Source: Naegleria gruberi
Taxonomy: Eukaryota
Strand: one strand, 5' to 3'
NCBI GenBank assembly: GCA_000004985.1
Contig: GG739105.1
DNA length: 7,802 bases
Part shown: piece by piece, positions 1-6,914 of the stretch
Position numbering within the stretch: position 1 is the first letter of the stretch
How the letters are laid out: every line of letters begins with the position of its first letter
The notes under the pieces: generated by a model
What the model was told of the DNA's origin: nothing
The model's database searches: none
What the model saw: only the letters and a program-made list of their open reading frames with translations
Made by a program: the position numbers and the translations under genes

Positions 1-1273
1 TCAGGTACCATTGTCAAAGCAAACATCGGATGGTAATGTAGAAATGTTGAAACATATTGTATAGCCAGCAAAATGTTGGAGGGTTTGTTTGTTAAATAAA
101 CCTGCAACAACAATTCAAAAGTTTGTACTAGTCATGGTAGTTGTAGAACAATTACAGATTCATCAGTTTCATCATAATGCTCATCCATGACAATGAGATC
201 TTAATTGTTGAAGTGTGTTACTTTCACTTCTTATCAGAAAATCCTCAGAATCCACCAGAATGTGTGAAGATGTCATTCTCTTACAACAATCAACCTTTTT
301 AATCATGATTAGGAAGGGGAGATGAGACGTTCATCAGAGACTAATTTTTTCCCTCCTGCATTCTCCTAGCCTAGTTAGCTTAATGATGACACTAAAACAT
401 AGGGAACACAAATTACCAGATTTTAAGTGAAATTTCACATCTTCATCCAAATTGACTTGGTTTCTTCTGGATTTTGTGTAGTTGATGCTTCATTGGAGGT
501 GGAAACATTATTTTTCTTCTTCTTAACAATTCCATCAGTAGCGTGTGTAAAAACGCCAGCCAGTATAAACATTCTCATCAGAGGTGGGATGATGAATCCC
601 ATTAAAAGCAACACTCCGTCCCCAGGAAACATGAATCATCGTACGGTGTAGAAAATTTGAGTAATTGTCATCCATGATAGGATTTTTGATCAGTAGGATT
701 TCACCACTATAAAGAGAGCATTTCTGATTGGTATCACTTTGTTTTACCAATTCCATAAGAGGTTCCCTGCTCACTATTGATCAACATGAAAAAGTTATTG
801 CTATTGGATTCTTTTAAACTATCTTCTGTTTCTGAGAATCATCCTTGGCTTTCTGGTTTCTGGAGTACTAACGAGGAATTGAATGATAACCCACTCCAAT
901 GCCAATTGCATGGCCTGTTGCCAAATGTATTTCATTAAACTGTAGGTTTGCTGAATTCATTCAATAATTCATCGAGGGAGAATGATAAAGCAACTCCCTT
1001 TTTAACCTAATGAACAATCATATTCAACACATACTCAATTACCTGGATGAATATCTTTGATAGGAGAGTAAAACTAGAGAGCCTTTCAATTCTTGAACTA
1101 CTAAATCCAAATACTTGACATTATAGGTAGGATTTGCTTCATGAAGAAAGTAGCTATCTATCTTGTAAAAGTGACCTTTACATCAACCTCTTTTGAGTAA
1201 TAAAGCAAGCTCCATGAGTGTCCTTACTCAAATTGACATAGTCTATTTTTGATAGTTTCTTAAGTAGTATTGT

Positions 1274-1442
1274 TCAAGTTTTAGAATATTTAACAAATTT
1301 TTCTAAAACTCTACATGATTGATTCAATGTCAATAGCCTTTGAATGGAGTCTGTTTCAATAAGCTCATTCAATAATTGCTTTCTATGTTCCATATTACTT
1401 CCCATAACAATAGCATCAATAATGTACTGAGCGAATGCACTT
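1274..1442 (-). CDS. C-terminal fragment (56 codons plus stop) of a minus-strand gene whose upstream part is lost in the assembly gap. Unknown product.
   Basis: The frame is open from the gap edge to TAA at 1276..1274 and translates ...SAFAQYIIDAIVMGSNMEHRKQLLNELIETDSIQRLLTLNQSCRVLEKFVKYSKT*. The fragment is too short to classify. Confidence 0.3.
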
Positions 1443-2354
1443 NNNNNNNNNNNNNNNNNNNNNNNNNNNNNNNNNNNNNNNNNNNNNNNNNNNNNNNNNN
1501 NNNNNNNNNNNNNNNNNNNNNNNNNNNNNNNNNNNNNNNNNNNNNNNNNNNNNNNNNNNNNNNNNNNNNNNNNNNNNNNNNNNNNNNNNNNNNNNNNNNN
1601 NNNNNNNNNNNNNNNNNNNNNNNNNNNNNNNNNNNNNNNNNNNNNNNNNNNNNNNNNNNNNNNNNNNNNNNNNNNNNNNNNNNNNNNNNNNNNNNNNNNN
1701 NNNNNNNNNNNNNNNNNNNNNNNNNNNNNNNNNNNNNNNNNNNNNNNNNNNNNNNNNNNNNNNNNNNNNNNNNNNNNNNNNNNNNNNNNNNNNNNNNNNN
1801 NNNNNNNNNNNNNNNNNNNNNNNNNNNNNNNNNNNNNNNNNNNNNNNNNNNNNNNNNNNNNNNNNNNNNNNNNNNNNNNNNNNNNNNNNNNNNNNNNNNN
1901 NNNNNNNNNNNNNNNNNNNNNNNNNNNNNNNNNNNNNNNNNNNNNNNNNNNNNNNNNNNNNNNNNNNNNNNNNNNNNNNNNNNNNNNNNNNNNNNNNNNN
2001 NNNNNNNNNNNNNNNNNNNNNNNNNNNNNNNNNNNNNNNNNNNNNNNNNNNNNNNNNNNNNNNNNNNNNNNNNNNNNNNNNNNNNNNNNNNNNNNNNNNN
2101 NNNNNNNNNNNNNNNNNNNNNNNNNNNNNNNNNNNNNNNNNNNNNNNNNNNNNNNNNNNNNNNNNNNNNNNNNNNNNNNNNNNNNNNNNNNNNNNNNNNN
2201 NNNNNNNNNNNNNNNNNNNNNNNNNNNNNNNNNNNNNNNNNNNNNNNNNNNNNNNNNNNNNNNNNNNNNNNNNNNNNNNNNNNNNNNNNNNNNNNNNNNN
2301 NNNNNNNNNNNNNNNNNNNNNNNNNNNNNNNNNNNNNNNNNNNNNNNNNNNNNN
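1443..2354. other. Assembly gap (912 N).
   Basis: Uninterrupted run of n characters. The true length and content are unknown. The track ORFs 1274..2374(-), 1376..2443(+) and 1435..2364(+) exist only because N codons are read as X. Confidence 0.99.
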
Positions 2355-2747
2355 ATCATTATGATAATAAACAATCTGTCCTTGGGGAGGTATTTGTAGT
2401 GGTCATCTTTCTTTTGAAAGTTTTCGTGGAGGCAAATCAGTAGGTTGTTTGCAAATTATTATTATTGGTAAAGTTACTTCAACAAGGTTGAAATATAGAT
2501 AGACAATGAATGCAGTAATTCATTACTTATACAATAGCATGTTAATTGGATAAAAACAACGTCCAACAATACACTCCAGCTAACATTTAATGTTTTCATA
2601 CCATTGATCTGACCTAGCAGTAGTATTACCAACATGTCAGCAGTGCTTGAATGTTGTTGTTTTCATAATCCGCAATAATAACAGTAGTCATGTGAGTTGG
2701 TTTGTTGATGCAAAGGTAATTTTTTTTAAAATTTTTTTTATAAATAA

Positions 2748-2753
2748 TTTATT
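2748..2753 (-). promoter_or_regulatory. Putative polyadenylation signal AATAAA (read on the minus strand), 9 nt downstream of the transposase-fusion stop codon and followed by a T/A-rich tract.
   Basis: The plus-strand tttatt at 2748..2753 is AATAAA on the coding strand of the 2759..5884 gene. Homopolymer A/T runs at 2721..2740 follow it. Confidence 0.3.
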
Positions 2754-2758
2754 TAACT

Positions 2759-5700
2759 TTAATTGTCTTGTGTTGAATTCATAAATAGGTCTTCACAAAA
2801 GAAATCATGCATGAAATCATAATCATTTTGACCAATGGGTTCCTCATTGCATGGAAGACTATTTAAATTCCAAATATCGTCTTCCTCTAAAAAATTATCA
2901 AAAGATCCGATTGAATGTGGATTATCTTGGCTAACAATTATTGAGTTAGGTGAAGATTCAGATATTGAACTGGATGTTCTTGTTTCCTTTCTTAAACTTA
3001 TATCATCTTCAATATTAGCCTCTTGTTGAATTCGTTTCTTCCTTCCACATTTTTGTTTTGTGGAATAAACACATTCCTTATTTAAACGTTTACAATGAAT
3101 ACAAGGCTTTCCACTATTGCATCTAATTTTCAACTTAACACATGAGTCACACGAACTTCTGAATTCTGTTCCATTTAAATCAACATTCCTTTCTTTGAGT
3201 TTTGTCTGAATTCTCTTTTTAATTTTTCTTCTAACCGTATTATTCTTCTTAATTTTGTTGTTGTCTTCCTTATTGCCTTCTGAATCTGATTCATCAGCTT
3301 CAGGTGGTTCGTTCTCAATAACTATTTTTTTCCAAATATTCTTTTGAACATGGCAATATACAGAATTTTTCTTTTCTTCACTAAAATCTGACAAACTTTC
3401 AGAACATGATTTCAGTTTCTCGAAATCTTGTTTTAAAGTTGCCAATGTTGTTTGCCATTCTGAACTAATCTGCATATTAGGATTTGTTTTCAATCCGTGC
3501 CATTTCTTTTTGAACTTGGAGGACATGTATAACGTACGTGTAGGAAGCAAAATAGATTCTGCAAAGGAAGGTAAATTGAATTTACCTTTATGATTTGATT
3601 TTCTTTGACCTATCATTCTACCAAGGGAATGATATGCTTCACATCCTTGATTCATATATTTTGTTAAGCTTCCATACTTTTCCAAAAGATCCGGTAAATG
3701 ATACAAAATAATATTAATATAGTAAGCAAGTTGATCATTTGGAAAGGCTTCTCTTAAAACCTTTTTAGTGAAACTCAAATACTCTTTCAATTCTTCTTTC
3801 TTAAAATTCAAATCCAATAGCCCTTGACTGGCTTCAAGGTAATGATATATTATGAATCTAAGTGATGACCACACTTTAAAATCATTATCATTAAATTGGG
3901 TATCCGATAATGATTCCATCATAATTGATTCATAATTTAACAAAATCATATCAGCTTGATCTGCATTCATATAAGGAACTTCTAATTCAATTTTGTCATT
4001 TGTCGCTTGTAGAGCAAGTGTTGTGGCAGGTTGTTTCTTTCTAAATTGAAATTGAGACATTCCCTTCAATTTCTGAATTTTAGCTTCGAGGGATTTAATT
4101 CCTGACACTGTCATCTTAGAAATTTGAAGGGATAACAAACAGCCAACAATTCTCAATTTTGCATGAAGTATGTCAATAACTACATTGGTGAATAAATTTG
4201 GAAATTTTTGAAAATAATGAGCTGGGGGAGCAAAAGCAAAATCCTTCTCCATTCTATCATCATATACACAGGGACAATATGGACACACAAAGTTTCGTTT
4301 GATGTCAGAAATCTTCCATAATGCACTTAAATCCGTACATACGTACATTGTGCAAGGAATATCTTTTGATTGTCCTGTTTTTTCTGATTTGTATGTTATA
4401 GTCTTTAAATCATTAAAATATGTCATGGTTTTTTGAAAATAGCAGAAAACATTAGCTTTTGTTTCTTTCCCCTTATACATATCAGTAATGAATACATTGT
4501 TCCTACACTGAGTGGAAAGTTCAGAATTTAAAATTACAAAGCAACAAACAACCTCCCCTCCAGCTCTTCCATCCCAAAATAATTTCAATTCTAATTTCTC
4601 TGGTATGGAAATATCTTCGTTTTCTAACATTATAAGAGCATCATTTAAAACCAAGCCAGGATCAAGATGTATTCCATTAGAATCAGATGTGATCTTGTAT
4701 CTATCAATTATTTCCAAATCAATTTCACCTCTCCTATCAGCAAGCTCATTTACAGAAATCATTATGTTCTGTAAATTGTAAAATTTAACTATTTCATCAT
4801 ATAATCCATCTGATAATAAATTCTTATCTGTAAAATATACAGAGCTAGTGGCATCATAATTAGATAATAAATCTTTGTTTGAAATTTTCATTATTATTTC
4901 ATTAAGGTCTTTTGAATTTTGTGACCTCTCCTGCAATTTCCTAAATATTAGTTCACTATCTCTTTCAAACAAATAATCAATAAAATCATTCATTGTTTGG
5001 CCATTGGATTGTAATAATTCATCCACACCAAAATATAATCTCTCTCCATTAGCCTTTCTTGATTGAGAAGTTAATTGTGACAAATTTTTTGTTGACCTAC
5101 GGGACTTTCTAGGTTGAACAAAATTTTGCTCACAATTAGAACATACCAATCCGAAAGAAGAGCTGACATTAATTTGTTTTTTTTCTCTATCTTTTCGTAT
5201 TGGTTTATTTGTTTCTTCTGTCGAGCCTTGTTTACTAGAAGTACCAGTAATTATTGGTTTATTTGAAACCTCTACATGAATATTTCGATCTTGAATTTTT
5301 CTAATTTCTGCTTTCAACTTCTCTGTTTCTTTCTCTGCAATCACTTGTTCCAGTAATTTATTCATTAACCATTCATTAACATCACCACTAATTTCACATC
5401 CTTTTGAGGTTAAAAAATTGAAAAGGCAAACCTTATCAACTATTGTAGATTCCACATCATAAATTCTAAATCCTGATGAAACATGTTGTTGCTGTCCCCA
5501 ATAAGCCTCTCTCTTTAAATTTCTATATTTATCCCAATGACTTGGAATTGTATAAAAGGAGTTTGGTACTACTTTACTGACAACATCAAAATCACTGGCA
5601 TTGGAATATTCATATTCAATTAGTCTTATATTTTTGAATAAAAATGGCATTCCTTGTATTTTTTCTGAACCTGTATTATTGTTCAATTGATGTTCATTAT

Positions 5701-5884
5701 CCACATTTTGTTGAATTATTTCTGTACTTTTGTTTTGGTTGTAAAAACAATCTTGACATATTAAACTTGCTGCTAATTTTTTCTTTCGTAACTCTTCACT
5801 GACAAAATTTGTTTCTTGAAATATACTGTTTCCTTTGTAAACATTTACAACATGTCTTTGTTTCCATTTTTTTTTAATTTTCAA
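2759..5884 (-). CDS. EnSpm/CACTA-superfamily (Transposase_21 / Plavaka-KDZ-like) transposase core fused to a C-terminal Zn2Cys6 binuclear-cluster DNA-binding module. 5884 is the upstream limit of the open frame (TTG, not ATG). The first in-frame ATG is at 5650..5648 (Met79); an upstream exon is possible.
   Basis: A 1041-codon uninterrupted frame is very unlikely by chance in 30% GC DNA. Residues 431-440 LELKLFWDGR resemble the first-Asp block of plant CACTA TnpD (L-G-L-x-x-D-G-F-x-P-F, recalled from memory). Residues 516-537 CTDLSALWKISDIKRNFVCPYC resemble W-T-I-N-D-F-P-A-...-A-C-P-Y-C: the Asp-to-CPYC spacing is about 16, close to what I recall for the plant block. Residues 568-585 NVVIDILHAKLRIVGCLL resemble N-L-D-V-M-H-I-E-K-N-V-C-D-S-L-L-G. 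Residues 912-937 CDSCVKLKIRCNSGKPCIHCKRLNKEC match the Zn2Cys6 pattern exactly. Cys pairs upstream of the core (C43xxC46, C153..C163, C248xxC251) are compatible with KDZ-type CxC clusters. The CACTA motifs are recalled from memory, not from a search. Confidence 0.75.
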   Translation of the reverse strand: MKIKKKWKQRHVVNVYKGNSIFQETNFVSEELRKKKLAASLICQDCFYNQNKSTEIIQQNVDNEHQLNNNTGSEKIQGMPFLFKNIRLIEYEYSNASDFDVVSKVVPNSFYTIPSHWDKYRNLKREAYWGQQQHVSSGFRIYDVESTIVDKVCLFNFLTSKGCEISGDVNEWLMNKLLEQVIAEKETEKLKAEIRKIQDRNIHVEVSNKPIITGTSSKQGSTEETNKPIRKDREKKQINVSSSFGLVCSNCEQNFVQPRKSRRSTKNLSQLTSQSRKANGERLYFGVDELLQSNGQTMNDFIDYLFERDSELIFRKLQERSQNSKDLNEIIMKISNKDLLSNYDATSSVYFTDKNLLSDGLYDEIVKFYNLQNIMISVNELADRRGEIDLEIIDRYKITSDSNGIHLDPGLVLNDALIMLENEDISIPEKLELKLFWDGRAGGEVVCCFVILNSELSTQCRNNVFITDMYKGKETKANVFCYFQKTMTYFNDLKTITYKSEKTGQSKDIPCTMYVCTDLSALWKISDIKRNFVCPYCPCVYDDRMEKDFAFAPPAHYFQKFPNLFTNVVIDILHAKLRIVGCLLSLQISKMTVSGIKSLEAKIQKLKGMSQFQFRKKQPATTLALQATNDKIELEVPYMNADQADMILLNYESIMMESLSDTQFNDNDFKVWSSLRFIIYHYLEASQGLLDLNFKKEELKEYLSFTKKVLREAFPNDQLAYYINIILYHLPDLLEKYGSLTKYMNQGCEAYHSLGRMIGQRKSNHKGKFNLPSFAESILLPTRTLYMSSKFKKKWHGLKTNPNMQISSEWQTTLATLKQDFEKLKSCSESLSDFSEEKKNSVYCHVQKNIWKKIVIENEPPEADESDSEGNKEDNNKIKKNNTVRRKIKKRIQTKLKERNVDLNGTEFRSSCDSCVKLKIRCNSGKPCIHCKRLNKECVYSTKQKCGRKKRIQQEANIEDDISLRKETRTSSSISESSPNSIIVSQDNPHSIGSFDNFLEEDDIWNLNSLPCNEEPIGQNDYDFMHDFFCEDLFMNSTQDN
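3074..3151 (-). other. Zn(2)-Cys(6) fungal binuclear cluster motif (Gal4-type), residues 912-937, preceded by a basic NLS-like stretch RRKIKKRIQTKLKER and followed by a basic linker KQKCGRKKRIQQE.
   Basis: The exact spacing C-x2-C-x6-C-x5-C-x2-C-x6-C is visible in the translation. Lys/Arg residues fall at the expected positions between Cys2-Cys3 and after Cys6. Confidence 0.85.
4130..4747 (-). other. Transposase_21-like catalytic core region (about residues 380-585 of the 1041-aa frame). Candidate first Asp D438 (nt 4571..4573), second Asp D518 (nt 4331..4333), CPYC (nt 4274..4285), DxxH block (nt 4130..4177).
   Basis: I translated the motifs directly and checked them against the minus-strand nucleotides. 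The family assignment rests on established knowledge of CACTA/EnSpm TnpD conserved blocks. Confidence 0.55.
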
Positions 5885-5981
5885 AATAAATATTGATGGT
5901 CAATAATCAAGAATGAATATTCGACATTGTTCGAAAGATAATTAAATATACAAGATACCACGAGATTTGATAAATAATAAT

Positions 5982-6737
5982 TTATTTTGTTGTAAAGAAT
6001 GCACCTTCTTTCTCTCTCACCACCATCGTACAACATTCAATTTCCCAATTACAATAAACTCTGTTAGTTCTAGAATTTACAACAATTGTAAGAGTCTTAT
6101 ATTCAGCAAATTGCAATGGTTTGTTGTGAATATCTTCAACTTTGGGAAACATGTCATTTCTCCACCATCTATCACATTCGAAAGTAGGAAATCCACAGGC
6201 CAACACAAAGTGATATTTGAATAATTTAACTTGATGAGTTTCATATCCGACTGTTTGTTCATCATATACAACATCCTTTGCACATTGATAATTTCTTGTT
6301 ATTATTTTGTCAAAAATTGCATAATTCATATTTCCAAGATTCAATCCATTTCCAAACTTTACATTTCCAAATGTTAAATTATCCTTTAGTACTGTTGTAG
6401 CATCAATACAAAATTCCTTCCATTTCTTTTGTGCATAATCAATAAATTCAGTATCTGTTGTGATGCTCAATTTGTTCTTCAAGTCTTCAATTATCCTGTT
6501 ATACTCATCATCACTAATTGGGATGGCCTTGAAGGATCTGACCTTGTCAATATGTTTCTGTTCCAACTCCAACATTTTAGCCCATAATGGTTTCTTAAAC
6601 TTTTTTCCGGCCTGTGTTTTCATCTTGCTGCTTGTGTCTTTAGAAACCTTGTTGGGCTTTCTATTTAACATGAATTCTTTATAGAATGTTGGATCATAGG
6701 TGATAAAACTTGTTGTTTGCTTCAATGTTTTAGGCAT
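5982..6737 (-). CDS. Hypothetical 251-aa protein with a basic N-terminus and a Cys/His-rich C-terminal half. Possibly an accessory (TnpA-like) protein of the same element, or the 5' exon of the downstream transposase gene.
   Basis: True ATG at 6737..6735 and stop TAA at 5984..5982. The ORF is co-oriented with the transposase frame and only 97 nt upstream of it. It has a lysine-rich segment (KPNKVSKDTSSKMKTQAGKKFKKP). H168, H176, C181, C188, H204, C229, C235 and C236 could bind metal. I recognise no family. Confidence 0.55.
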   Translation of the reverse strand: MPKTLKQTTSFITYDPTFYKEFMLNRKPNKVSKDTSSKMKTQAGKKFKKPLWAKMLELEQKHIDKVRSFKAIPISDDEYNRIIEDLKNKLSITTDTEFIDYAQKKWKEFCIDATTVLKDNLTFGNVKFGNGLNLGNMNYAIFDKIITRNYQCAKDVVYDEQTVGYETHQVKLFKYHFVLACGFPTFECDRWWRNDMFPKVEDIHNKPLQFAEYKTLTIVVNSRTNRVYCNWEIECCTMVVREKEGAFFTTK

Positions 6738-6914
6738 TGTATGGTTGTGTTATTTTGTTGTGTGGTGGTGGTTTACATTGTGAAGTAAAGTCATTTTATT
6801 CTGTGATGACACTATTTTTTTGCTCCGTCCTTGCATTGTATTCAGTACTTTTGCATCTTTATTTATCAGAAACAAAAATATAAAATATTTTGCAATTACA
6901 ACAAAAACAAAACA
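6738..6914. promoter_or_regulatory. 177-bp divergent intergenic region between ATG 6737 (minus-strand gene) and ATG 6915 (plus-strand gene). Putative bidirectional promoter. TATAAAA at 6879..6885 faces the plus gene.
   Basis: The two start codons face away from each other across 177 bp. An A-rich leader (acaacaaaaacaaaacaATGG) precedes the plus ATG. On the minus strand an ACCACCACCACACAACAAAATAACACAACCATAC leader precedes ATG 6737. Confidence 0.4.

Noticed and set aside
427-774. Three overlapping track ORFs (427..651+, 435..632-, 535..774-) of 65-79 aa.
   Set aside because: The ORF 427..651 starts with GTG (gtg aaa ttt cac...), and the track prints alternative start codons as M. The ORFs overlap on both strands and are low-complexity. 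No motif or codon-bias support. They look like chance frames.
953-1380. A 14-mer TCATTCAATAATT repeated at about 955 and about 1366.
   Set aside because: Its length is near the chance expectation for AT-rich sequence, and no extended alignment surrounds it.
1274-2443. Track ORFs of 309-366 aa that consist almost entirely of X (1274..2374-, 1376..2443+, 1435..2364+).
   Set aside because: They exist only because the N run translates to X without stops. Only the real-sequence portions (1274..1442 minus, kept as a low-confidence fragment) mean anything. The frame relationship across a gap of unknown length is arbitrary.
2835-4781. Plus-strand ORFs 2835..3029 (64 aa) and 4512..4781 (89 aa) inside the transposase gene.
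   Set aside because: They are antisense to a 1041-codon frame with clear protein-family motifs. Their length is typical of chance antisense frames.
5982-6737. I considered a MULE/MuDR-like transposase core in the 251-aa ORF, because of FCIDATTVLKDN (cf. the DxTYKTNKY first-Asp block).
   Set aside because: It is a single weak motif with no downstream second-Asp, CxxH or Glu blocks. The ORF is too short for a MULE catalytic domain.
384-6814. An 11-mer TGATGACACTA occurs at 384..394 and at 6804..6814, both on the plus strand. A near reverse complement TAGTGGTCATC occurs at 2397..2407. I considered these as CACTA-element termini (CACTA...TAGTG).
   Set aside because: Several chance 11-mer repeats are expected in 7.8 kb of AT-rich DNA. 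The flanks show no extended similarity. The orientation is wrong for bracketing the transposase genes: TAGTG lies on the left and CACTA on the right. The putative 390..2401 unit is mostly unsequenced gap. This is not evidence of TIRs.
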